From: Leucoraja erinacea
Taxonomy: Eukaryota
Assembly (NCBI RefSeq): GCF_028641065.1
Contig: NC_073415.1
Location: 434,001 to 498,000 of the forward strand
Length of the DNA stretch: 64,000 bases
Reading direction: 5' to 3'
In this document: piece after piece, positions 12,366 through 27,000 of the stretch
Layout: every line of letters starts with the position of its first letter
Position numbering within the stretch: the stretch's first letter is position 1
Notes under the pieces: model-generated
What the model was told of the DNA's origin: nothing
The model's database searches: none
The model's input: only the letters and a program-made list of their open reading frames with translations
Position numbers and translations under genes: made by a program

Positions 12366-14955
12366 CGTGCAGTATCAAAATAAACGCAATCCTTCTGCGG
12401 TGCAGGTGCCGCAAGCTTTCTGTAACTCGCATTTGTTTTTTTTGAGGACACAAACAGCTGCAGAATTGGTAATCTGAAGTAAAACCAATCTGAGTGTTTT
12501 ATAATTATGTCCCGAAACGGAACAATGAAAGTCTTACGCGCAGCAACACAACACATGTAAACATTGCACTCCATAGACATCATAATAAACGACACAAAGT
12601 TTAATATATGTAAACAAATAAACAATAAAGTCCAAAGACAAAAACAATGTCCCAAGTCATGATCGCCAGATGCTGCCTGACCCGTTAAATTACTCCGCGA
12701 CAGTTTGTGTTTTGATGAAGAACCTCAGCTGGGACCTTCGCGGGACCGTTTCGGCTCAACGCGACCACGTGGTCGCGTAATTTGCGTGCCAAGGACACGT
12801 AAGTGGGACAGGCCCTTAAGGGAGAGGAATCGTCTGTCCATTCCCCCAGAGACGCTGCCTTATCCAACGAATTCCTCCAGCACTTTAGAACCTCAAATTC
12901 ATATAGCACACGGAAACAGGCCTTTCGGCCCAACGCATCCCTGCTGACCAAGTTGCTCCATTTAAGATAGTCCCATTTACTCGGTATTTTCCCTGCCTGC
13001 CTCTGAAGTTCACTTGGAAACGACAAAAGGCTTCGGGACGCTCGATCGCGGGGCCTCTGTTGTTCGCTCCAGGCTCAGCCCCGAATCAAACTGTGTTCGC
13101 TTAAGATACACACAAAGTGCTGGAGTAACTCAGCGGGTCAGGCAGTATCTCTGGAGAAAAAAGGCTGGCTGATGATTCGGGTCGGGACCTTTCTTCAGGG
13201 GCTTCTTGTGAAGAAGGGTCCCGACCAGAAACGTTACCTATCCATGTTCTCCAGTTATTGTACTTGATCCGTTGAGTTACTCCAGCGCTTTGTGTTTACT
13301 TTAAGTATAAACCAGCATCGGAGGTTCCTTGTTTTTACATATAAAAACATAAACAATAGGTGCAGGAGTAGGTCAATCGGCCCTTCGAGCCAGCAGCGCC
13401 ATTCAATATGATCATGGCTGATCATCCACAATCAATACCCCGTTCCTGCTTTCTCCGATTCCATTAGCCCTAAGAGCTATATCTAACTCTCTCTGAAAAC
13501 ATCCAGTGAATTGGCCTCCACTGCCTCCTGTGGCAGAGAATTCCACAGATTCACAACTCTCTGGGTGGAAAAGTTTTTCCTCGTCTCAGTTCTAAATGGC
13601 CTACCCCTTATTCTTAAACTGTGACCCCTGGTTCTGGACTCCCCCAACACCGGGAACATTGTTAGTTTAAGACTAGAACTGCGTCGTGGACATCATAGAG
13701 AGGCTGAAGGAGGGTCCTGGCCCGAGATGTCATGTGTCCATTCCTTCCACAGATGCTGCCTGGCCTGCTGAGTTCCCCCAGCACTCATAATAATCGATAT
13801 GTTCCGTTTATATTGCCCCCATTCAACGCAGCGAAGGGTATGTATCCCCGACACGTTTCACAGAAGAGTTTTTTTTAAATATGTTCATAAGATCATGTGA
13901 TAGTAGCATTAGGCCATTCGGCCCATCAAGTCTACTCCGCCATTCGCTCGTGGCAGATTCATCTCTTCCTCTGAACCCAATTCTCCTGTCTTTCCCCATA
14001 ACCTCTGACACACATGCTAATCAAGAGTCTATCTTATCTCTGCCTTAAATATATCCATTGACTTTGCCTCCACAGCCGTCTGTGGCAAATAATTCTACTG
14101 AGGCTATGAACTGAGTGGCCGGTGAAAGCCAGAGATGCCAGAGCCTCTTCCTGCCCAGAGACAACGAGGGACTGTGCCCACACACACACAAAGGCAAGGA
14201 CTGAGCCACCACGATCAGTTCAGTTTAGCACAGGTACAGTGAAAAGCTAAACGTGTTGTCACGTTTGCAAGATGAAATCGCGACTATTTACAAACCATGA
14301 CCCATATTTTTTACACAAAAAAAAGGTCAGCGGGTCAGATGAGAAAAGCAATAGGTGACGCTTCGGGTCAAGGCCCTTCTTCAGACTGAAAGTCAGCCCC
14401 ACCCCCTCCCCCTGCAAAATCTGCAGTTCCTTCCCACCCTATATTTACGTAAGCATTCTTTTTTACAGTAAGCTTGCAGGTACAACAGGCAGTGAGGAAA
14501 ACTAATGGCATGTTGGCCTTCATTGCGAGAGTTGTGAATCTGTGGAATTCTCTGCCACAGAAGGCAATTGAGGCCAATTTACTGGATGTTTTCAAGGGAG
14601 AGTTAGATATAGCTCTTAGGGCTAAAAGAATCAAGAGATATAGGGGGAAAACAGGAACGGGGTACTGACTGTGGATGATCTGCCATGATCACATTGAATG
14701 GCGGTGCTGGGTTGAAGGGCCAAATGGACCTATTTTTCTATGTTTCTATCTACAGGCAGGTTTCAGAGCAGAACCTTGACCAATTATTATTGAGAACTAA
14801 CTCGACCTCCTCCCGAGGGAGGGACTGGTCGGAGTTTACATATGAAACCTTCTCCCATTCCTCACGGCGCAGATGCTGCTTAACCCAATGAGTATTTCTG
14901 GCATTTTCCGTTTTAATTTCACATCAGCTGCTGTGTTTTGCTTGTGGATGCGCAG

Positions 14956-15003
14956 GTTTGCGGCTGTTAGAAGTAGATTCGGTCGCCGTGCCAGATGTAT
15001 ACG
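14956..15003 (+). CDS. Unknown gene, candidate 5' exon ([15 protein letters not shown])
   Basis: gcgcag|...|gtgtgt, phase 1 to 1, compatible with the next exon. Short, so could be chance or UTR. Confidence 0.4.
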
Positions 15004-18000
15004 GTGTGTTGTCGGTGTCAAATACTGTATGCCCGCGATTCCCCAGTCCAATGTGTAGGAAGGAACTGCAGATGCTGGTTTAAACCGAAGATAGACACAA
15101 AAAGCTGAAGTAACTCAGCGGGACAGGCAGCATCTCCAGAGAGAAGGAATGGGTGACGTTGCGGGTCGAGACCCTTCTTCAGACTGACGTCATGGGAGAG
15201 GAAGATACACAGATAAGGAAGTGTAGGGTGTGAAAATAGGACAAAGGGAATGACAGCGTCAGACTGTTGATGCGTGCTGTTTTCTAAGGGAAAGGCAGAA
15301 GGGAAAAGTGTCACCAAGGAGGTTTACTGGGTTATTGAAAATATTAAATGTCTCCACTGGTCCAAAGTAGATACTATTTACCAACTGGAGGCTTAGAATA
15401 AACAACGGAGTAAGCAGGTTCCTAATCTTCCCGAGACTGCTGTTAGGGATAAGGGAAACGAGAGATATATGCATCTGAAGTCTGCCAGTCAAGGAGTCTA
15501 GAAGCCAGATGGAAGCCCTAGACTATGGTCCATACCAAATTAGCTCATCTCTAAACTTATGGACGTGGTCTTAAGGCCTCCACCTGCTGGACTCATTGAC
15601 TGGTCTATCTTCCCGAATACATTGTTCCACCCAGAGGCTTCTGGTGGTGCATCGGCATGTTGATAGGATCTAGGCCGTGATACAAGGCGTTTAGTATTGG
15701 AATCATTTCTACGGCGCTGAAAGTGCTGGATAATCGCATGTGAAATAGTGTGGCAGAAAGAATTGGAGCCTGGTCGCCATTCAGGAAGCAGGAGGAAATG
15801 CCGATTGCTAGTTTACAAAAGATAATACATAGGGTGGCCCAGAGGTAGTGTTGCTGCCACACAGCGCCAGAGACCCGGGTTCGATCCCGACTACGGGCGC
15901 TGTCTGTACGGAGTTTGTACGTTCTCCCGCGTGGGTTTTCTCCGAGATCTTCGGTTTCCTCCCACACTCCAAAGACGCACAGGTTTGTAGGTTAATTGGC
16001 TTGGTGTAAATATATATTGTCCCTGGTGTGTGCAGGGACCGGTGGTGGGTGCAGACTCGGCGGGCCGAATGGCCTGTTTCCGCGCTGGATCACTAAACTA
16101 AACTAAAGTGAATCTGTGCACGGAAGCTTGATGGGCAGCGTGGACTCGACGGACCCGGGTTCCATCCTGACCTCGGCTGCTGTTTGTGTGGAGTTTGCCC
16201 GCTGTGACCGCGTGGGTTTCCCCCGGGTGCTCCGGTTTACTCCCACATCCCAAAGACAGGCAGGTGTGTAGGTTAATCGGACCTTTGTAAAGTCGGTTAA
16301 CGTAGAACTAGTGTGAACGGGTGATCGATGGACTGTGCGTTGGTGTACAAAATAGATGGAGTAACTCAGCGGGTCAGACTGCATCTCTGCAGAACATGGA
16401 CAGGCAACGTATCGGGTCGGGACAGGCATCTTCTCAGGAGAGAAGGAGTGGGCGACTCCAGCATTTTGTGTCTATGCTCGGTTTAAACCAACATCTGCAG
16501 ATTGAAAAGACTAGGCTTTAGAAGGATGAGGGAGGAACTTATAGAAATCCCAGGCTGTGTCCCTCTCCCCCCCCCCCCCCCCCCCCCCCCTGACTTTCTG
16601 TCTGAAGAAGGGTCTCGACCCGAAACGTCGCCCATTCCTTCTTTCCACGGACGCTGCCGGTCCCGCTGAGTTACTCCAGCGTTTCTTGTCCACAGTCGCT
16701 GAGCGTTGCCAAGGGATTGCACAAACAAACGCCAGCAGCAGCAACCGTGCTCCCGGGTAAGTACAGCACTGGCGGCGGTGGATTTAATATGGGGCAACAA
16801 ATGACCTTCTTAATACATTTCTTAGGGGGTGAAAAAGGCACAGAGTGCTGGAGTAACTCAGCGGGTCAGGCAGCATCTCTGGAGAACATGGATAGGTGAC
16901 GTTTCACAGAGTGCTGGAGTAACTCAGCGGGTCAGGCAGCATCTGTAGAGAACATGGATAGGTGACATTTCGGGTCGGGACCCACGCCGACCATCGGTCA
17001 GAAGAAGGGTCTCGACCCGAAACGTTGCCTATCTCCTTCGCTCCATAGATGCTGCCTCACCCGCTGAGTTTCTCCAGCATTTTTGTCTGTCTACCTTCGA
17101 TTTTCCAGCATCTGTAGTTACTTCTTAAACATCGATCAGTCAATCCGACCAGTTCTGTGTTATCCCAGTGGAGACAGGCAACTGTATCTCTAAACTTAAA
17201 ACTAAATCTGCAGAGTGGAAACAGGCCCTTCGACCGACCAACTATTCTCCATACACGCGATCTATCATAGAAACGTAGAAAATAGGTGCAGGAGTAGGCC
17301 ATTCGGCCCTTCGAGCCTGCACCGCCATTCAATATGATCATGGCTGATCATCCATGCCCCTTGATCCCTTTAGCCACAAGGGCCACATCTAACTCCCTCT
17401 TAAATATAGCCAATGAACTGGCCTCAACTACCTTCTGTCCTAAAAGATTCCCCCCTTATCCTTAAACTGTGACCCCTTGTTCTGGACTTCCCCAACATCG
17501 GGAGCAATCTTCCTGCATCTAGCCTGTCCAACCCCTTAAGAATTTTGTAAGTTTTTATAAGATCCCCCCTCTATCCTACGCACTCGGAGTAGTTTCACAG
17601 AAGCCAATTAACCTACAAATCTCTACACCTTTGGAGTGTGGGAGGAAACCGGAGCACCCGGGGAAAACCCACGCTGGTCACGGAGAGAACGGACAAACTC
17701 CGTACAGACAGCACCCGCAGTCAGGATCGAACCCGGGTCTCTGGCGCTGTGAGGCAGCAATGAATGAAAGTTAGGCAAAAAAAATAACGTTGTTAAAGGA
17801 AACAGGTCACTCTGTAACACATTGTAAACTGTTTGTTGGGTGAAAATTAGAAGCGAGCAGATGAGGTTGGAGGAAGTGTTAGTGAACCTCTGCCTAACCC
17901 GAAAGCACTGTCGGGAGTCCCTGGAGACAGTCAGTGACAACCCAGAGGTATGGATTTTGATTTCTCTAATTTTAAATAACCCTTGCATCCCCTCACTGTC

Positions 18001-21000
18001 CGCCCCTCACCCACCCTAACCATCGTTCTGCTTAGTTTCACTGTTTCTATCCACTCGTTATCACCTTATCCACAGCCAACAACGGACCATTGTGGGCTCC
18101 ACCTTTCCTTGATCACCCTAGCTGGCTTTGATTTGTATTTATACCTATGTTCTGTATCTTTTCACACCTCTATCCCCCACCCGACTCTCCATTGTGTATC
18201 TATCTGCAGTGTCGACCAGCATCTGAACGTTCTCCAGAGATGCTGCCTGACCCACAGAGTCACTCCAGCATGTTGTGTCTATCTTCAGTGTAAGCCAGCA
18301 CCTGCAGTTCCTTCCTAAACATCTTGCTTGAAAATCTCCTTTGTCATTTTTGTGTCAAGGTGGCACAGCTGGTAGATCTGCTATCTCACAGCACCAGAGA
18401 CCCGGTTTCGATCCTGACCTTGGGTGGTGTCTCTGTACAGCGCATGGAGTCTTTTGGCTTGGTGATGTAACCCAGTGGCTGGGGGAGGTGAAACAGGTCT
18501 GAAGAAGGGTTTCGGCCCGAAACGTTGCCTATTTCCTTCGCTCCATAGATGCTGCTGCACCCGCTGAGTTTCTCCAGCTTTTCTGTGTAACCTTCGATTC
18601 TCCAGCATCTGCAGTTCCCTCTTAAACAATGTTGGGCGGTGTCGGACACTCCCACCCGGTGGCTGTGCCCGATACTGCAACTCATCCACACATGGTCCTG
18701 AATACACTCAGAAGATTATTCTAACGCAGAAGAAATGAGGAGTCACAAGGAACTACAGATGCTGTTACTTTTTTTTAAAAGACGCAAAGTGCTGGAGTGA
18801 GCCAGGCAGCATCTCTGAAGAACATGGATAGGTGATGTTTCGGGTTGCGACCCTACTTCTCAAATGAAGAAGTGTGAAGAAGGGTCTCATACCTAAACGT
18901 CATCCATTCCTTTTTAACCAGAGATGCTGCAGGCCCCGCTGAGTTACTCCAGCACTTTGTGTCTATCCTCGGCGTAAACCAGCATCTGCAGTTCCTTCCT
19001 ACACACGAAGACGTGTTTGATTGCAAGATACGCCGACCAGCGATCACCCGTTCACACTAGTTCTATGTTATCCCACTTTCTCACCCACTCATTGACAACT
19101 AGCGCCAATTAACCTACAAACCCGCACGTCTTTGGAATTTACGAGGAAACTGGAGCACTGACTTGTAGGGGTTGTACAGGTGTCAGGGGTTATGGGGAGA
19201 AGGCAGGAGAATGGGGTTAGGAGGGAGAGGTAGATCAGCCATAATTGAATGGCGGAGTAGACTTGATAGGCCGAATGGCCTAATTCTGATCCTATCTTTT
19301 AGGCATTTTCTTTCTTTTTTAGTTCTAGAGAAGTATATGTTTTTATAGATTATGTGTCTTCTGTGTGTCTTTTTAACTTGACTTGACTCTCTGAACAACC
19401 GCACAAGAGTTCCTATGTGTGTAAGCACAAATGGCAAATAAAGTTTTTGACCTTGACCTTTTATGAACACCCGGAGAAAACCCGCTGGGAGAACGTACAA
19501 ACTCCGTAGTCAGGATGGAACCCGGGTCTCTGGTGCTGTGAGGTACCAAATCTACCACTGGGCCATGCTGAGCATTCATGGTGCTTCCTGCGTGTAGTCT
19601 TTGACTTCATCACTTCTTTTGTCCGAAGGAAGTCACCTTTACTTTCTGCGGTGACAGTGGTCACTGGTCAATGCCTGCAACACCTTGGTGACCACAGAAC
19701 AGGAGACGGAAAATACCGCAGAGACCAGAATCAAATGGCAGAAAAGACTGCAAATGTTCCACAGGTCAGACAGCATCTGTAGAGGCCGATGCTTCCACAT
19801 CATCATCATCTTTTAGGGTGGCACATCCTTCTGCAGTTGTACAGATCCCTAGTGAGACCACACCTGGAGTATTGTGTGCAGTTTTGGTCCCCTAATTTGA
19901 GGAAGGACATTCTTGCTATTGAGGGAGTGCAGCGTAGGTTTACAAGGTTAATTCTCGGGATGGCGGGGCTGTCATATGCTGAGAGAATGGAGCAGCTGGG
20001 CTTGTACACTCTGGAGTTTAGAAGGATAAGAAGGGATCTCTTTGAAACATATAAGATTATTAAGGGCTTGGACACGCTAGAGGCAGGAAACATGTTCCCG
20101 AAGTTGGGGGAGTCCAGAACCAGGGGCCACAGTTTAAGAATAAGGATTAAGCTATTTGGAACGGAGACGAGGAAACACTTTTTCTCACAGAGAGTGGTGA
20201 GTCTGTGGAATTCTCTGCCTCAGAGGGCGGTGGAGGCAGGTTCTCTGGATGCTTTCAAGAGAGAGCTAGATAGGGCTCTTGAAGATAGCGGAGTCAGGGG
20301 ATATGGGGAGAAGGCAGGAACGGGGTACTGATTGGGGACGATCAGCCATGAACATATGGCTGGCTCGAAGGGCTGAATGGCCTACTCCTGCACCTATTGT
20401 CTATTGTCACAGTGGCGTAGCTGGTAGAGCTACTATCTCACAGCACCAGAGCCCCAGCTTCGAATCTGACCTTGGGCGTGTCTGTGTGCGGAGTTTGCAC
20501 GTCCTCCCTATGACCCTGGGGAGGTTCCTGTGGTTTCCTCCCGCATGCCAAAAGAAATGAAGGATCGTCAGTTAATAGGCCCTCTGTGGAACTGTCCCTA
20601 GTGTGCAGGGAGTGTAATGAGTATAGTTTGGACCCAATAGCAGCACAGAATCAGGCAGGTATAATTGGTAATGAACTTTATTACGATACCGTAACCCAGA
20701 GTAGAAACACAGGAATGGGTACACCGTACTCACACAGAGGCTCAGGATTGAGCGAGGGTTCCGAAGAGGGGAAGGCAGGAGACGTAGTCGGGGTATCAGA
20801 AGGTCTGGTAACCAGGAGATCCAACACACGATGCAAACAAACCAGCGAGGGACAGACGAAAGGAGAGTCGAAGCCAGGCAGGAAGTCGAGGAGCCGTTGC
20901 AGGGATACACCAAACAGCCCAGGAGAGAGGCAGACAGAAACCAGGAGGTACGGGACGAAGGCCGTGGTCGGGGACAGAAGGCTGAGGTGATATCCGGGAA

Positions 21001-24000
21001 GACGACAGGACGGAATGGTCAGGGGCAGGCAGGTTCAAATCCGTGTAGGCAGTCAGGAAATCGCTGGAGAGTCTTGCATGAATGCTGAGAACAATCTGGC
21101 ACTGTGTGAACGGTGAGGAGAGTTATATACCGGGTTAATAGGTGATCAGAGGCAACTGAGTGCCACAGGTGAGGAGAGTTGGGCTGATGAGAGGGGAGTG
21201 GCAGGCGAGGAGAAGGAGGGACCGGTGGAAAAGTACTGGGAGGTGAAGTGGATGAGAATGAGGAGAGGGCAGACTGTGACAGGGAGTGGATGAGAAAGTG
21301 CGATGACATAGAACAAGTGTTTTCAAGACAGCAAAGGATTGGAATACCCTGCCAGCCAGCATCAGAGATCTCCAAAACATCAACACATACAAAGATGTAA
21401 CTCCAAAGGCACCTCCATCTCGACTAGTACATCCACCACGGTCATAGTGCTGAGTGATGCCCTACTTACAGTTTTCCAGCGTACTATATCCAGATCCAGA
21501 TCCAGATAGTGTGAATGAGCAATCGCTGGCCGGTATGGACTCGGTGGGCCGAAGGGCCTGTTTCCATGCTGTATCTCTAAACTAAACTCGTGTGAACGGG
21601 CGATCGCTGGTCGGCATGGACTTGGTGGGCCGAAGGGCCTGGGTCCTATGCTGGACCCTTCAATCCTCAGACCCCATCACTGTTTGGAAACACTAACTGT
21701 GTCTCTCTCCACAGCCACCGAGGGTTTTCAACACCTTTGGAGACCAGCTGCAATGTTGCAGCCAGGCCGGCTCCTGTGAGCAGCAGTGGATTGTGGTCTG
21801 CTGGGGTAAAGGAGATGTCGGGCCAGATTTCGGAGCGACCCAGAGCACCACAGTCCGCTCATCCGCGCGTAGCTCGAAGATTAAACCAGCTACAGAAATA
21901 CTTAGATGCGACTGGGCTTCAGAAGTGCATGGAGGATATCAGTGCCCAGCTACTGAGGAGGACGGAGTTACCACCAAACCCGTATCCGGGACTTCTCTGT
22001 CAGATACAGCAGCAGGCAGAGAGGTAGGAATAAGGGGGCTTGTTCCTGTATCCTGGACACACACATTCCTTCTGCAGTTGTACAGAGCCCCAGTGAAACC
22101 ACACCTGGAGTATTGTGGGCAGTTTTGGTCCCCTAATTTGAGGAAGGACATTCTTGCTATTGAGGGAGTGCAGCGTAGGTTTACAAGGTTAATTCCCGGG
22201 ATGGCGGGACTGATTATCCAAGTCCAGAACCAGGGGCCACAGTCTAAGAATAAGGGGTAAGTCATTTAGAACAGAGACGAGGAAACACTTTTTCTCACAG
22301 CGAGTGGTGAGTCTGTGGAATTCTCTGCCTCAGACGGAGGTGGAGGCCGATTCTCTGGATACTTTCAAGAGGGAGCTAGATAGGACTTAAAAGTAGCGAA
22401 GTCGGGATATGGGGAGAAGGCAGGAACGGGGTACCGATTGGGGATGATCAGCCATGATCACATTGAATGGCAGTGCTGGCTCGAAGGGCCGAATGGCCTA
22501 CTCCTGCACCGCGGGGTACATGAAGCCTATATGGTCGTGAGAAGTCGCCCAAAGAGTCGTACCTTGTTCTGGTCACCGCTGGATTTTCAACATGTTGAAC
22601 ATTTTCGGTGATATGTAACGATCTATGACGGGTGCTGGCAGTTGATGTAAAAGTGGCGTAAGTGGGACAGGCCCTTAACTCTAACTTTCTCTTGAAATCT
22701 TGCATCTTTGTTGGCATGGACGAGTTGGGCTGAAGGGCCTGTTTCTGTGCTGTGTGACTCAAATAATGAATTGAGTGCATATGGTTTGCTGTTCTGCAGT
22801 GAGAACCATTACAATAACCAACCTGATCTCAGCACTTCAACTCCCCCTCCCACTCCGAATCCGACCATTCTGTCCTGGGCCTCCTCCATGGCCTGAGCGA
22901 GGCCCACCATAAGTTGGAGGAGCAGCACCTCATATTCCGCTTGGGCAGTCTGCACCCCAGCGGCACGAACATTGACTTCTCCAATTTCAGGTAGTCCCTG
23001 CTTTCTCCTCCCCTTCCCAGCTCTCCCTCAGCCCACTTTCTCCGCCTCTTCCTTTCTTCTTCTCGCCCTCCCCCTCCCCCCTCACATCAGTCTGAAGAAG
23101 GGTCTCGACCCAAAACGTTGCCTATTTCCTTCGCTCCATAGATGCTGCCTCACCCACTGAGTTTCTCCAGCATTTTTGTCTACCTTCGATTTTTCGAGCA
23201 TCTGCAGTTCCTTCCTAACCATTACAATACTGTGCTTTCTTCGCTGTGTTTCTTACCCCTAGGTTTCGCTTAACTAACTCCACGCCACCTGAAAGGATCC
23301 TTTCCGATCTGAGTTGGCCCACATTTTCCACGGCGGTTGGATACATCTCAGGTGCAGTAACGCGCGGCGCAGACATTGGGGTCACCCAGCGATGTTCACG
23401 GTCACTGGCACTCCGCAGGGTCACCACGACCGAGGTCCCCCACCAGATATCAACCTCTCGCTGTTGCTGTTACAGTCCGAAAATCATCTAGGTTTACTGT
23501 GTGGAAACAGGCCCTCCCGACTACCTGAACCATGCCAACCATGCTGGCACATTGGACTAGTCCCAGCGGTAGAGTTGCTGCTTCACAGCGCCAGAGACCC
23601 GGGTTCCATCCTGACTACCGATGCTTGTCTGTATAGAGTTAGTACATTCTCCCTGTGACCCGTGTGGGTTTTCTCCAGGTGCTCTGGTTTCCCACACTAC
23701 ACAGGTAGACAGGTTTGTAGGTTAATTGGCTTCGGTAAAATTGTAAATTGTCCCTAGTGTGTGTAGGATAGTGATAGTGTGCGGGGATCATTGACCGGTG
23801 AGGACTCGGTGGGCCGAAGGGCCTGTTTCCATGCCTTATCTTTAACCTAAACTAAACTAAGCTAAAGATGTGGGGATGTGTAGTTATTAATTGGCCCTAG
23901 TGTGTGGGATAACGTAGAACTAGTGTGAATGGGTCAGTGTGGACTCGGTGGGCCGAATGGTCTGTTTCGATGCTGGATCTCCAAACTAAACTAAACATGT

Positions 24001-27000
24001 GGGGTTGTGTACGTTAATCGCCGTGTCTATGTGCTGTCTGTGCGGAGTTTGCACATTCTCATCGTGACTCCGTGGGTTTCCTCCATGTGTCCCAGTTTCC
24101 TCCCGAACTCCAAAGACGAGCGTGTTTGCAGGTTAATTGGCCCTCTGTCCATTGCCCGCTAGTGTGTAGGGAGCGGATGAGAATGTGGGATAACAGAGCT
24201 AGTGTGAATGGGTTATCGATAGTCGGCGTGCATTCGGTGGGCCGAAGGGCCTGTTTCCATGCCTTATCTTTAAACTAAACTAAACTACACGTGGGGATAT
24301 GTAGGTTAATTGTCCCCAGTGCTATCTGTGTGGAGTTTGCATGCTCTCACAGTGATTGCGTTTGGTTTCCTTTGGGTGCTCCGGTTTCCTCCCACATCCC
24401 AAAGACGTGCCAGTCTGTAGGTCCATTGGCCTGGGTAAATTACCCCTAGTGTGTGTAGGGAGTGGATGAGGAAGTGGGATAACATAGAACTAGTTTGAAT
24501 GGGTCAGTGTTTCCCATGCTGTTTCACTAAACTAAACTTAGACTTAGACTTAGACTTAGACTTAGGCTTAGACTTAGACTTAGACTTGGACTTAGACTTA
24601 GGGTAGACTTAGACTTAGACTTAGACTTGACTAATGACAACAGCTCTCTGTGTAAATGAAAAACACTGAACCCGGTGAAAATCTGCCCCTTTGAAAATCT
24701 TCAAGAGAAGAGAAGATCTTGAAAGCTTTCAAGAGAGAGTTAAGGGCCTGTCCCACTTGGAGATTTTTTCGGCGAATGCCGGCGTCATATCAGGGTCGGC
24801 AAAAGATTTTGAACAATTAAAAATCCAGCAGTGACAAAAAAAATGTTGCGACACTTGAAAAAACGCCGCGCATCAAACGGCATCACACCGCTAGTTTTAC
24901 GGCGACCTGATACGTCATCAATGATGCCGGCAGTTGCCGAAAACATCGGCAAGTGGGACAGGCCCTTTAGATTTAGCTCTTAGCTAACGCAATCAAGGGA
25001 TATGGGGAGAAAGCATCTTTACATTGCCCAGTGCCAGGCAGCTGGCACCAAGGCCCCTGTGGGCAGTTTCCGGAACGCTGACCCCCTCTCCATAATGTTC
25101 CCTCTTGTTGCATCCCGCAGGTGCCGGCCACACGTCCCGTGTGTGGGGACTACCCGCTGTCCTACGCTGCGTCTCCCCTGCTCACCTCCAGCAGTACCGC
25201 TGGCTGCTGGCAAACGCCACCCCTCCCATTGCCAGCCTGCACCAGACCAGCGCACTCTCCGTGAGTACCGCCCACTCCCCTGACTCAATCTGAAGAAGGG
25301 TCTCGGCCAGAAACCTCACCCATTCCTTCTCTCCACAGATGCTGCCTGTCCAGCTTTTTGTGTCTATCTTCGATTTAAACCTGCATCTGCAGTTCCTTCC
25401 CACCCAGCGTGGAAACAGTTCACCTTGACCCACAAGTGATACAGCGTGGAACTGTCCATCTGTGATAATTAATCCCACCCATTCACCAACCCTCTGACAC
25501 CCAGAGGAGGTTTACAAGAATGATCCCAGGAATGAGTGGCTAGCATATGATGAGCGTTTGACAGCACTGGGCCTGTACTCGCTGGAGTTTAGCAGGATGA
25601 GGGGGCACCTCATTGAAACTTACCAAATAATGAAAGGCCTGGATAGAGTGGATGTGGAGAGGATGTTTCCACTGGTGGGAGAGTCTAGGACCAAAGGTCA
25701 CAGCCTCAGAATTAATGGGTTTTTCTTTAGGGAGGAGATGAGGAGGAATTTCTTTATCAGAGGGGGATGAATTTGTGGAATTCATTGCCACAGAAGGCAG
25801 TGGAGGTCAAGTCAATGGAAATATTTTAAGGCAGAAATAGATAGATTCTTGATTAGTATAGGTGTCAGGGGTTATGGGGAGAAGGCAGGAGAATGGGGTT
25901 GAGAGGGAGAGATAGATCAACTATGATTGAATGGCGGAGTAGACTTGATGGGCCGAATGGCCTAATTCTACTCCTAGAATGTATGAATCAAGAAAAGGCT
26001 TATAGGGAGCTACAACAGGACAGAGGAATGTACAGCCACACGCGTAGTACAGTCAGAAGCTCATTGCATCAGAATTAAAGGGCGCTCTTTTAGAAAGGGG
26101 ATGAGGAGGAACTTCTTTAGTCAGAGGGTGGTGAATCTGTGGAACTCATTGCCACAGAAGGCTGTGGAGGCCAAGTCAGTGGATATTTTAAATGCAGAGA
26201 TAGATAGATTCTTGATTAGAACGGGTGTCGGGGGTTATGGGGAGAAGGCAGGAGAATGGGATTATGAGGGAGAGATAGATCAGCCATGATTGCATGGCGG
26301 AGTGGACACAAAAAGCCGGAGTAACTCAGCAGGACAGGCAGTATCTCTGGAGAGAAGGAATGGGTGACGTTTCGGATCGAGACCCTTATGTCCCTGTCCC
26401 ACTTAGGAAACCTCTGGAGACTTTGCGCCCCACCCAAGGTTTCCGTGCGGTTCCCGGAGGTTTTTGTCAGTCTCCCTACCTGCTTCCACTACCTGCAACC
26501 TCCAGCAATCACCTGCAACCTCCGGGAACCGCACGGAAACCTTGGGTGGGGCGCAAAGTCTCCAGAGGTTTCTGTTCAGGTTTCCTAAGTGGGACAGGGG
26601 CATTAATCTGTGGAACTCATTGCCACAGAGGGCTGTGGAGGCCAAGTTAGTCGATATTTCTAAGACAGAGGAAGAGGATTTTTTATTAGAACGGGTGTCA
26701 AGGGTTATGGGGAGAAGGCAGGAAAATGGGATTAGGAGGCGGAGATCAGCCATGGTTGAATGGCGGAGTAGACTCGATGGGCCGAATGGTCTACTCCAAT
26801 CCCTTAAGGCAGCAACATTACCGCTGCGCCACCGTGTTAATTGGCCCTAATGTATATGATAGTGTTAGTGTACAGGGAGGGGGGGGATCGCTGGTCGGCG
26901 CGGACTCAGTGGGCCGACGTGCCTGTTTCCACGCTGTATCTGTAAACTAAACTAAAGGCTCAGTTTGTCATCGAAGACATTTGGATCATTTCATCCGTAA

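Noticed and set aside
19599-19765. Possible exon in unique sequence
   Set aside because: An open frame exists, but the phases do not fit the neighbouring exons.
24535-24630. Interstitial telomere
   Set aside because: The unit is TTAGAC, not TTAGGG, and it grows from a SINE tail.
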